Part shown: in pieces, positions 1 through 8,403 of the stretch
Layout: every line of letters begins with the position of its first letter
Position numbering within the stretch: the first letter of the stretch is position 1
Assembly: GCA_035294265.1 (NCBI GenBank)
Contig: DATGLK010000102.1
Span: 19,614 to 83,613 of the forward strand
DNA length: 64,000 nt
Direction: 5' to 3'
Origin: Candidatus Binataceae bacterium
GTDB taxonomy: Bacteria > Desulfobacterota > Binatia > Binatales > Binataceae
The notes under the pieces: model-generated
The model's input: only the letters and a program-made list of their open reading frames with translations
Database searches by the model: none
Told to the model about the DNA's origin: nothing
Translations under genes and position numbers: made by a program

Positions 1-578
1 TCGACCAGGGAATCGAGGATATACCGCCGCCAGCGATCTGGCTCCCTCGCCAACGGCGCAGCGCCCGGATAGCCGCCAAAGTAAAGAAATTGGTCGAGCG
101 TGAAGTCGAACGCCTCCCGCATCTCCGCCAGAGACCAATGCGGCAGGCGAAGAATCTCGAAACGGCCCGCCAGACTCTCCGTGAGACCTTGCTGGACGAG
201 CAGCGGCGCGGAGCCGAGGAGGACCACCTTGAGCGGCCGCTTCGCGCGGGTGTCCTCGTCCCACAAGCGTTTCACCGATTCGGACCATCCGACAGCTTTC
301 TGCACCTCATCGAGAACGAGGATCCCGCCGCCCCGGTCGCTCGACAGGCGTGCGGCCTCCCACTGCTGAGCGATCCAGTCAGCGCCGCGGAGGGTTGGCT
401 CATCGGCACTCGCGAAACGCACGGGAACGGTGAGGCCTTCGGTTACCTGCTGAACCAGTGTCGTCTTGCCGACCTGCCTGGCGCCCGCCACCACCTGGAT
501 GTACCGGCGTGGCTCCCTGAGCCGGCGGGTGAGCTCGGCACCCTGAGGCCGCCGAAATGTCTCCAACGTGTTGCTCAT
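1..578 (-). CDS. AAA+ ATPase, DUF4143/COG1373-type (N-terminus complete, C-terminus runs off window start)
   Basis: Reverse-strand ORF from ATG at 576-578 reads MSNTLETFRRPQGAELTRRLREPRRYIQVVAGARQVGKTTLV... It has Walker A GARQVGKTT, Walker B ILVLDEVQ and a ...LYFGGYPG region typical of this ATPase family. It is open to position 1, so it is absent from the supplied ORF track. Confidence 0.65.
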   Translation of the reverse strand, partial: MSNTLETFRRPQGAELTRRLREPRRYIQVVAGARQVGKTTLVQQVTEGLTVPVRFASADEPTLRGADWIAQQWEAARLSSDRGGGILVLDEVQKAVGWSESVKRLWDEDTRAKRPLKVVLLGSAPLLVQQGLTESLAGRFEILRLPHWSLAEMREAFDFTLDQFLYFGGYPGAAPLAREPDRWRRYILDSLV

Positions 579-927
579 CACGCTGAGTATTTTTACTCAA
601 TGTAATGAGTGACACAACTGGGTTCGACCTGATTTTCCGCGGCCGAGGTCTCGCGCGCCTGCTCGCCGAGACCCTGATTTCAGAGGCGCAGAAGATCGAC
701 TATGCGCGCATGGTGCTCGATGGTCTCCCGTCCTTGAACGACGCGCTCAGCCGGCATCGCCGGCGGGAACCGCGGCCATTGTCGCGAATCGAGCGCGGTC
801 AGAAGTCGATTTGCCACTACGATCGAACGATCGACTAGAGCGGCGTGTTTAAAATTTCGTCCGCTTGAGGGTCGCAGAGAGCAGACGGATTAGAACGTTA
901 GCGAAAATTGGGTGCGCAACAGCTAGA

Positions 928-1224
928 CTATAGCAGATCGCTCCTGACAGTCGCGTGGTAAACTGCCAGCTTCTCCGCGCTCTCGCGGAGCATCGTTTCG
1001 TCGACTATGGCGTAGCGGCGATAGATCGACTCCGTCTTATGACCGGTCATCCGCATAGCAGCGGATCGAGCGACTCCAGCGCGCTCAAGGTTGCGGGCCG
1101 CAGTCCGTCGCAGATCGTGCGCGACGCGGTCCGGATACCCGGCGAGGCGACAAGCCTTGTCCCAACCGGTGTAGAAATCCTTGATCGGCTTTCCCTCCCA
1201 GTGGAACACCCACGGGAATGACAT
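928..1224 (-). pseudogene. tyrosine recombinase / phage-type integrase, C-terminal catalytic fragment only (truncated remnant)
   Basis: The 98-aa ORF carries the integrase catalytic tail HDLRRTAARNLERAGV...MTGHKTESIYRRYAIV (R-H-R-Y type motifs). There are no N-terminal ~250 aa. Only ~200 nt separate it from the tRNA gene, so it cannot be full length. Confidence 0.6.
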
Positions 1225-1427
1225 GGCCGGTCGCGAGTTCAGGCCGTCGGGTTCGTGCGTCCTCGCCCTTCTGGATGCTATCTTACCAACGCAACGGTTA
1301 GGGGCCGACTGCGGCTAGGGATTGGAGCGCAGGTGGTGGCTTTGCGGTTTACCTTGGCGCAAGGATCGTCAGAGGCTCGGCTTGGTGCAGAGGAGGCTGG
1401 AGATTCTTTCTTTAAAGAAACAGCTGG

Positions 1428-1511
1428 GCCGGGGTGGTGGAAGCGGTAGACACAGAGGACTTAAAATCCTCTGAGGGAAACCTCGTGCGGGTTCGAGTCC
1501 CGCCCCCGGCA
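1428..1511 (+). tRNA. tRNA-Leu (anticodon UAA)
   Basis: Hand-folded cloverleaf. The 7-bp acceptor stem gccgggg pairs with ccccggc. The anticodon stem gagga/tcctc encloses loop cttaaaa (U33, anticodon UAA, A37). A long variable arm gagggaaacctc is typical of class II Leu tRNAs. The T-arm is gcggg ttcgagt cccgc and the discriminator is A. Confidence 0.8.
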
Positions 1512-1911
1512 TCCCCGTTGGGCCTTACCGTTGGTCTTTGTTTCGAAAACTCGATGCTACGGTCTAGGCCACAAGTTGAGGCTAGATTACGGCTAGATCT
1601 TCTAGCTGGCATTAACCAAGTGGTCGGCAACCGCCAACCCAACGACGCGGATTTCGCCTTTTCGATTTGGCGGCAGCGATGACTGGCGCGAACGATTTAA
1701 GCGCGAATTCGTCGACCTTGGCGGCAATCGCGATTGAGGCCGCGATGCCTTATGGCGCCGTACGAATATGGCGTTCGATTCACACCCCACCGCGTCTTGC
1801 GACCAACGCGCCGCATCTAGCGGATCCACTGTGTCTTTTCGTGCTGGCGCCTTTGGGAACAGCGAGCGGCCCAAAAAGAAGCAAGCAGGTCACCAGCTTG
1901 CAATCGGCTAT

Positions 1912-1927
1912 TGGCACGCGATTGGCT
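1912..1927 (+). promoter_or_regulatory. candidate sigma-54 (-24/-12) promoter upstream of kinase-fold gene
   Basis: TGGCACG-cgat-TGGCT: the GG and GC dinucleotides sit at the canonical 12-nt register (TGGCACG-N4-TTGCW consensus). It lies about 37 nt upstream of the ATG at 1964, in a window containing two sigma-54 activator genes. Confidence 0.35.
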
Positions 1928-1963
1928 TTCTGAGCACCTGAAAGTGAAAGTTGGAAGTGGCCA

Positions 1964-3019
1964 TTGAGCGACCCGCGGAGATCGACTGGTGGGAGGGGTA
2001 AGGGCGAGGCCGCACTCCCAAACCCGCTAATCGCCGCGATGCTGATGCCGGGTTTTTATCCCCATCCGTGCGAAAGTGTCGAATTACGTCATAGCTTGAG
2101 GTCCTGGCTGCTATTCGCAGGAGATCGTGTATACAAGATCAAGAAGCCGGTCCGTTTCTTCTTTATCGACGCTACTACTCCGGCGCGGCGTCTTGCGCTT
2201 TGCCGCGATGAGATTGAGCTGAACCGGCGGCTGGCCCCCGAAATTTACCTGGGCGTGCAGGGCGTCGTCGCGACCCAAAACACATATGCCCTAACCACCG
2301 AGCTTGCGGCATCCGAGGTGACCGATTTCGCGATCGTGATGCGCCGTTTGCCCGCCGAACGGATGCTGGACCGACTGCTTAGCAAAGACGCAGTCAACCT
2401 GACCGACGTAAAGCTGTTAGCCAGCCACTTGGCCGCTTTTCACGCCTGTGCCACGACCGCTAAGGCGCAGCGGTGGGGTTCGGCACAAGCGCTTTACGGT
2501 TTGGTAGGTAGTCTGGAAGAAGCGCAAAAGCTGGTTGCCGACAGCCTGATGCGCGCGCGCCTTAAACAGTTGCAGGCCCACCTGCGCCGCTACATCATTT
2601 CCCATCGCCAATCCCTGGACAACCGGGTTCGAGACGGCCGGGTGCGCGAGGGTCACGGTGATTTGCGGTGCAAATCAGTCTGTCTTACCGGAGATAAGAT
2701 CGTCATCATCAATTGCGCCGACTGTAGTGAAAGCAGGCGCTATTTGGATGTGGCCGGCGATTTAGCCTCTCTTATTATCGATTTGGAGTTGCCGAAGCGC
2801 TCGGACCTGGCGCAGGGATTGTTGGAGGCTTACGTTTTGAACACCGGCGACCACCAGGTTCCAGAGCTCATGAAATTTTACAAGTGCTTCCAGGCCACCT
2901 GGCGCGGCATCTTGCAAATGTTAACCAGCCTGCGGCCCGAACTGCCCAATATTCAACGGATTGCGGCGCGGGGCGAAGCCAGGCAATGGTTGGACCTCGC
3001 CTTGGAATATGCCGCCTGA
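1964..3019 (+). CDS. kinase-fold phosphotransferase family protein (APH/choline-kinase-like)
   Basis: VYKIKKP (beta3 Lys), ELNRRLAPEIYLGV (alphaC Glu region), HGDLRCKSV catalytic-loop analogue, and INCADCSE in the DFG-like position. The Asn of the Brenner motif appears to be replaced. Confidence 0.5.
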   Translation: MSDPRRSTGGRGKGEAALPNPLIAAMLMPGFYPHPCESVELRHSLRSWLLFAGDRVYKIKKPVRFFFIDATTPARRLALCRDEIELNRRLAPEIYLGVQGVVATQNTYALTTELAASEVTDFAIVMRRLPAERMLDRLLSKDAVNLTDVKLLASHLAAFHACATTAKAQRWGSAQALYGLVGSLEEAQKLVADSLMRARLKQLQAHLRRYIISHRQSLDNRVRDGRVREGHGDLRCKSVCLTGDKIVIINCADCSESRRYLDVAGDLASLIIDLELPKRSDLAQGLLEAYVLNTGDHQVPELMKFYKCFQATWRGILQMLTSLRPELPNIQRIAARGEARQWLDLALEYAA

Positions 3020-3099
3020 ATATGGAGCGTGGCCTCCAGGCGCCCTTCATCGCCTGAGCTCTTTTGACGGTCGCGCCTTTTAATCCTGGCATTTGATCC

Positions 3100-4695
3100 T
3101 TGATCTATCAGATGTTAGTTGTTCATTCTGAGTCCAACGTCGTGCCCAAAAGCAGCGGCCATAACAGCGAATACGCCAAGGAACTGAAAGCGCCCCAAGC
3201 TGCTCCGCCTCGCCATTTTCATCTGTTGTGGGACGACGACCTGGAGGAAATGCGCGACATCTTTTTGGCACTTCGGGATCGCCGCGCGGAAGTGGTCGCG
3301 CGCTGGTACCAACTCTACACGTTGCATTTCGGCGACCAACGCACTTTATCCGAGGCCGATTTCTTTCAGATCTTCGAGCCGGCGCTGTTTCGCAATAAGA
3401 ACGACCTGCTGGAAAAAAATATGGACCGCTATGCCCAGGACGTGCGCAGCCTGGGCGAGACCCTCGCTGAAAGAGGCGTTCCCTTGCAGGAAATCATTGC
3501 CTCGCTGCAACTTTTCGAACAGGCGGCGAGCGAGGTCTTTCCCCCCGGCGCCTCGCGGCAAATAGACGTCTATACCAAATTCGATCAGCTCAGCCATATT
3601 CGCATAATTTTGCTGGTGGACGCATATTTTCGGATCTGGAGTGCACGGCATGACGCCCGCTTGCTCGGGTTGGAGCGCGAGGCCGCGTTGCTGCCGCGCG
3701 AGCAGCGCACCAGCTTCCACGGGATTATCTCGGTGGCGGCACCGATGCGGGCGCTGTTCGAGCGTATCGAAGCCGCCGGCAAGACCAGCGGCACGGTGCT
3801 GGTGGTAGGCGAGAGCGGTACCGGCAAGGAGTTGGTCGCGCGGGCGCTGCACGAAGTCGGGCCTCGGCGCGCCGCACCTTTTGTTGCCTTCAACTGCGCC
3901 GCCCTCCCCAAGGACCTGATCGAAAGCGAGCTGTTCGGTTATCGTAAGGGCGCGTTCAGCGGGGCCAATAGCGAATACTTGGGCCTGTTCCGCGCCGCCG
4001 AAGGCGGGACCTTGTTTTTGGACGAAATCACCGAGATGAGCCCGGAGACTCAGACCAAGCTGCTACGCGCGATTCAGGAGCGTGCTGTACGACCGCTAGG
4101 AGCGACCCGCGAACTCCCTATCGACGTGCGGCTGGTAGCCTCGACCAATCGCGATCCCGAAGAGGCAGTGCGCGCTCAAATCCTGCGCCAGGATCTCTAC
4201 TATCGGCTCCAGGCCACGATGCTGCGCTTGCCGCCGTTGCGCGAGCGGATCGAGGACGTGCCTGTCTTGGTCGAGCATTTTATCGCCCTGTTCAACCGCC
4301 AGTTGGGTCGCGGGGAACCGGTCGAGGGGATAGGCCAGCGAGCGCTTGCCGCGTTGCAGCGTTATTCCTGGCCGGGTAACGTGCGCGAGTTGTCCAACGC
4401 GATCGAAAGCGCGATGACTTTTGGCAAGAACAGATTGATCGAGTTGGAAGATCTGCCGCCGGCCCTCAGCGGCAATCGCAGTCCCGCCGCATCCGCCACC
4501 CCGGCGTTGTCCAATGGAGCGCCGGATACCACGTCTCCTGGGATGGGAACTTTCGCCGAGGCCGAGCGTAACTTAATCAGCCGCGCGCTGAAGGCGTGCG
4601 ATTGGAACAAAGTCCACGCCGCTCAGATGCTCCGCATCTCGCGCAAAAAACTTTATGCCAAGATCAGCAAATACGGCCTGCAGCCAGCCCCATAA
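3100..4695 (+). CDS. sigma-54-dependent transcriptional activator (bEBP), non-receiver N-terminal sensor domain + AAA+ + Fis-type HTH
   Basis: [15 protein letters not shown] Walker A, ESELFGY, GAFSGA (GAFTGA-type sigma-54 contact loop), GTLFLDEI, a C-terminal HTH ...QMLRISRKKLYAKISKYGL. The ~200-aa N-terminus lacks receiver-domain Asp motifs. Confidence 0.85.
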   Translation: MIYQMLVVHSESNVVPKSSGHNSEYAKELKAPQAAPPRHFHLLWDDDLEEMRDIFLALRDRRAEVVARWYQLYTLHFGDQRTLSEADFFQIFEPALFRNKNDLLEKNMDRYAQDVRSLGETLAERGVPLQEIIASLQLFEQAASEVFPPGASRQIDVYTKFDQLSHIRIILLVDAYFRIWSARHDARLLGLEREAALLPREQRTSFHGIISVAAPMRALFERIEAAGKTSGTVLVVGESGTGKELVARALHEVGPRRAAPFVAFNCAALPKDLIESELFGYRKGAFSGANSEYLGLFRAAEGGTLFLDEITEMSPETQTKLLRAIQERAVRPLGATRELPIDVRLVASTNRDPEEAVRAQILRQDLYYRLQATMLRLPPLRERIEDVPVLVEHFIALFNRQLGRGEPVEGIGQRALAALQRYSWPGNVRELSNAIESAMTFGKNRLIELEDLPPALSGNRSPAASATPALSNGAPDTTSPGMGTFAEAERNLISRALKACDWNKVHAAQMLRISRKKLYAKISKYGLQPAP

Positions 4696-4882
4696 CGCCG
4701 TAAAGGCGGTGGCATGTCTGCGGCGCTGGAGACCATCGCAACAATAAATTGGCCCGAGTACTGTATCCAAAAGATACAGCACAACCGGACTAGTGGCCAC
4801 TTCATCGGCGGCATGCAATGGCTGACAAGCCACAGAGGTAATGGCACGAAACTCGCTTGCTTCGCGAGTGGGGAGGAACTGC

Positions 4883-5684
4883 GATGCTCAATACGCATTC
4901 GATATTGGTTCCGGTCGATTTCGACGATCATGCCGGCGCGGCCCTGGAGTTCGCCAAACGCGTGGCAATCGATTCCGACGGCGAGCTTCGCGTCCTGCAT
5001 GCAATGCCCCTGTTCCTTGTCCCGGGAGAGCCGCAGAGTGTAGTGAGCGGCCAAATGGGTGAAGCGCAGAAAGCGCTGGAGAAACTGGCGGGGGAGCATC
5101 TCAAGGGCGTCAACTATCAGATCGAAGTACGGGTGGGGGAGACCGTCAAGGAGATTCTCGCCGCAGCGCGCACTCATCATAGCGATCTGATTGTGCTCCC
5201 CACCCATGGCCGACATGGCTTGTCCCACGCGATCCTGGGCAGCGTCGCCGAGCGCGTCGTACGCGACGCTCCTTGCCCAGTGCTCAGCTTCAAACCTGCC
5301 CAAGCCGGCCCCGTAGAGGCTCGGGTGACGGACGTGATGCTGAAGGCTCCGGAAACCGTCGCCAGCACGCTCACCTTGGAGCAGGCACGCCAGGTGATGG
5401 AAGATACCGGTCAGAGGTCACTGCCAGTAATGGAGGATGAGGTTCTGATCGGGATTATCACCGACCGCGATTTGCGCTCGCACCCAAACAAACGCGACAT
5501 CCTGGTCAAGCATGCCATGACCAAGGCGCCGGTTTGTGCCACTCCCGCCATGACCGTTCGTGAAGCAGCTCAGCTCCTGGTGAGACTCAAGGTCGGCGCT
5601 TTGCCGGTAGTTGAAAACGGCCGGCTCTTGGGCATGCTGTCGACCGACGAGGTGATCGGCAAGCTGGTGGATCGACATAACTAA
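4883..5684 (+). CDS. universal stress protein (UspA) domain fused to tandem CBS domains
   Basis: Start moved to ATG 4883, which is preceded by GGAGG at 4871-4875. The N-terminal part ILVPVDFDDHAGAALEFAKR...VLHA...LIVLPTHGRHGL...GSVAERVVRDAPCPVL is Usp-like. The C-terminal part has two CBS-like repeats (VTDVMLKAP...LPVMEDEVLIGIITDRDL and VKHAMTKAP...ALPVVENGRLLGMLSTDEVI). Confidence 0.8.
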
Positions 5685-6278
5685 GGACTTGTCGAGGCTC
5701 CTGATAGGAGTACCCAGCTATGTCGTCACGGTTTGAATGTTTCGCACCGCTTGCACCAACCGGTAGAGGACGGCGTGGTGGACGCTGACTGCGCGGTAAG
5801 GACAAAGCCCTGCAATTACCCAGCGGATACGTATTCTCTCCGCTGACCACGCTGTGTAGAAATGGACTCCGAGTACCCGGCCGAGCGTTCGGTGGCGGTA
5901 TTGTGGCGAGGGGCAGGGTAGAGCACGCCGGGGGCAGACAGCTATTGCTGCAGTCGTGGTGCTAGCAAGCTGCGCTCTCCCCTGCCGATTGCCGCATCGT
6001 CCAGGACAATTACCCTCAGACCCCGCCGGCTCAACTATTTGACCGCTGTGTGCGGATCTGCGGCAAGCCACCCGCACACGGCGCTTGCCAAATCGATAGG
6101 AGACGGCGGAGTGCTCGGTCTGCCGAAAGGATCAGCAGGCTAGGACGCACGGTGCGCAAAGAAAGCCACTTTCCGATCGGCAAAAGGGGCATGCGGCGAG
6201 ATTCGTGCCAAAACCCGCCGCCGATTGGTTTCGACCTCCTCAGGCAGCCATGTTAACCTGACGCGCTATGGCAAATAG

Positions 6279-7811
6279 ATGAAGAAGACAACAGTTAACA
6301 AGGTCGACAAAAAACAGGCGCAATCAACCAGCTTCGCGCCGGTTCAATCGCGGCTGGGGCGGCCCGCTTATCTGGGCTTTTTGTGGAACCACGACTTAGA
6401 TGAGCTGCGTGCCGTGCTGGAGGGGATCTCCCGTTACCATGCCCCCATTTTGGATCACTGGCACGACCAGTATCGCACCCATCTGGGTGAAGGGCGCGCG
6501 CTCTCCGAGGCGGAATTTCGCGAGATCTTCAGCAAAGAGCTGCGAGAAACCGTCGATCTTCTGCTCCGTCACGACCTGGACGGCTTTATCGAACATATCC
6601 GGCGCGAAGCCGAGAATTTGGCCCAGCGCCAAGTCCCCTACTACGAAGTCATTATTTCGATGCACCTGTTCGAGGAGAGCGTCGCCAAGTCGCTGCCTGG
6701 ATTTCCGCCCCTGCCCGCTACCTACCTGGCGTTCGACAAGCTCAGCCACATTCGCAGCATCGTGCTGGCCGATACCTATTTCCGTGTACGCGCCTCGCTG
6801 CTCAGCACGCGGATTTATGAACTCGAAAACGAAGCTGGAATGCTTCCGCTGGAGCGACGCGAGCATTTTCACGGCTTGGTAGGAGCAAGCCCCGCGATGC
6901 GCCGGCTCTACGAGCGGATTTGTCGAGCGGCGGTCCAGCGCCAAGGGACCGTCCTGCTGGTCGGCGAGACCGGGGTGGGTAAAGAACTGGTGGCGCGCGC
7001 ACTCCATGAAGCTGGGCCAGGCGCCCACGGTCCTTTTATTCCGTTCAACTGCGCGGCCATACCGCGCGAGTTGGTGGAGAGCGAGTTGTTCGGCCACAAG
7101 CGGGGTGCCTTCAGTGGCGCAGGCGAGGAGTATCTGGGGCTTTTTCGCGCCGCCGAAGGCGGCACGCTTTTCCTTGACGAAATTACCGAAATGGCGCTTG
7201 ACACTCAGTCCAAACTGCTGCGCGCACTTCAAGAGCGCGCCGTCCGCCCGGTGGGCCATACCCGCGAGCTGCCGATCAACCTGCGCCTGGTTGCGTCGAC
7301 CAACCGCCAGCCCCTTGAAGCGGTTACCGCCGGCCGCCTGCGTGAGGACCTCTACTATCGCCTGCAAGCGATGGTGCTCGAGGTGCCCCCGCTGCGCGAG
7401 CGAATGGATGACTTGCCGCTGCTCATCGCGCACTTCCAGGAACTCTACAACCAGCGCCTGGACCGTACGCCGCCACTTGCCGGAATTGCCCCCGATGCGC
7501 TTGCCCGGATGCGCGCTTACCATTGGCCGGGGAACGTACGCGAGCTGGCCAATGCGATCGAATCCGCGGCCACCTTCGCGCAGGGTCCGCGGATCGAATT
7601 GGCCGACCTTCCGGATGCCGTTCGCGCGGCTTCCTCCTCCAGCAAGGCGGTGACCGCAAAAGCCCAAGTGGGAGATCTAGCCGAGGCTGAACGACAGGCT
7701 ATCGGCCGGGCCTTAGCCGCGACCAAGGGCAACAAGGTTCAGGCCGCAATGATGCTGGGAATATCGCGCAAGAAGCTTTACAGCAAATTGAAACAATATG
7801 GCTGGTTCTGA
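6279..7811 (+). CDS. sigma-54-dependent transcriptional activator, paralog of 3100-4695 sharing the same N-terminal sensor domain
   Basis: [36 protein letters not shown] and HTH ...AMMLGISRKKLYSKLKQYG. The N-terminal ~190 aa are co-linear with the first activator (LWxxDLxELR...FDKLSHIR...YFR...HFHG). Confidence 0.85.
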   Translation: MKKTTVNKVDKKQAQSTSFAPVQSRLGRPAYLGFLWNHDLDELRAVLEGISRYHAPILDHWHDQYRTHLGEGRALSEAEFREIFSKELRETVDLLLRHDLDGFIEHIRREAENLAQRQVPYYEVIISMHLFEESVAKSLPGFPPLPATYLAFDKLSHIRSIVLADTYFRVRASLLSTRIYELENEAGMLPLERREHFHGLVGASPAMRRLYERICRAAVQRQGTVLLVGETGVGKELVARALHEAGPGAHGPFIPFNCAAIPRELVESELFGHKRGAFSGAGEEYLGLFRAAEGGTLFLDEITEMALDTQSKLLRALQERAVRPVGHTRELPINLRLVASTNRQPLEAVTAGRLREDLYYRLQAMVLEVPPLRERMDDLPLLIAHFQELYNQRLDRTPPLAGIAPDALARMRAYHWPGNVRELANAIESAATFAQGPRIELADLPDAVRAASSSSKAVTAKAQVGDLAEAERQAIGRALAATKGNKVQAAMMLGISRKKLYSKLKQYGWF

Positions 7812-7984
7812 AGCCTCACGTCGCGCCCTGGCTCGAATAGATCCCTACGCTGACGCCGAAAGAGTCAAGGCTGCGACTTATTGTGTCGGTAGGACACGTT
7901 GTTTCCCCTGCTCGACGACGCTAAGGGGCTGATGAGCGCTGGTAGCACCTCAAGGGGCGGTTGACCGCCCCTCTGCGATCGTTC

Positions 7985-8165
7985 GAGACTGAGCTGCCGA
8001 CAGCAGTAGGCAAACTCGCCGGTCTAGCCGCGCCCAACCGTGAATCGATCGCCAAGGCGGAAGCCATCGATTTGCTGCGGCGGGTGGTGCTGGACATAGA
8101 TAGCACCCAAATCCCGCTATACGGCGAGCAAGAGCGGAAGGACCGGGGGGTTTACTGGCGCGCGC
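7985..8165 (+). mobile_element. IS1380-like (DDE) transposase N-terminal fragment, degraded
   Basis: Part of ORF 7961-8317 reads ...AIDLLRRVVLDIDSTQIPLYGEQE..., resembling the LxxDxDSTxxPxYGxQEG block around the first catalytic Asp of IS1380-family transposases. There is no downstream DDE core, so it is a remnant. Confidence 0.3.
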
Positions 8166-8403
8166 CGTGCGAGCGGATTCCCGGACCTGCGCAGGCGGCT
8201 TCGGTGTCGACGGGAGCCACCCCCGAAACGAAATTAACCCCGCTCGCTGGACCGCCCTGCCCCGCCCTTGTGCGACAATTACCTAATCTGAAAAAAAAGA
8301 AGCAAATTTTTTCTTAATCTTGCTACAATCACCATTTTTATGTAACTGCTTAGTTGGTTGGCGATTCGGTCTTGGGCCATCCCGGTGAAGGAGACTGCTA
8401 ACT

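Noticed and set aside
90-605. 171-aa plus-strand ORF at the window start
   Set aside because: It is antisense to a clear AAA+ ATPase (Walker A/B readable on the minus strand). It has no recognisable motifs and is a typical high-GC shadow ORF.
605-838. 77-aa ORF between the ATPase and the integrase fragment
   Set aside because: No recognisable family, no obvious RBS; kept only as a possible small protein, not called.
4653-5303. 216-aa minus-strand ORF
   Set aside because: Overlaps and is antisense to the well-supported UspA-CBS gene; no domain signature.
6396-7667. 423-aa minus-strand ORF (and several 60-200-aa ORFs) inside the second sigma-54 activator gene
   Set aside because: Antisense to a gene with unmistakable AAA+/sigma-54 motifs; long antisense ORFs are expected at this GC content.
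7953-7972. GC-rich 8-bp hairpin (aggggcgg ttga ccgcccct) 140 nt after the second sigma-54 activator
   Set aside because: No U-tract follows; possibly a weak terminator or protein-binding palindrome, insufficient evidence.
7961-8317. 118-aa ORF called as a gene in the ORF track
   Set aside because: Interpreted instead as a decayed IS1380-like transposase fragment (only the DIDST...YGxQE block is recognisable), followed by an A/T-rich promoter region; not a functional CDS.
8358-8403. Upstream TTG start for the giant secreted protein
   Set aside because: It would give a 30-residue N-region before the hydrophobic core. TTG 8404 is preceded by GAAGGAG and yields a normal signal peptide.
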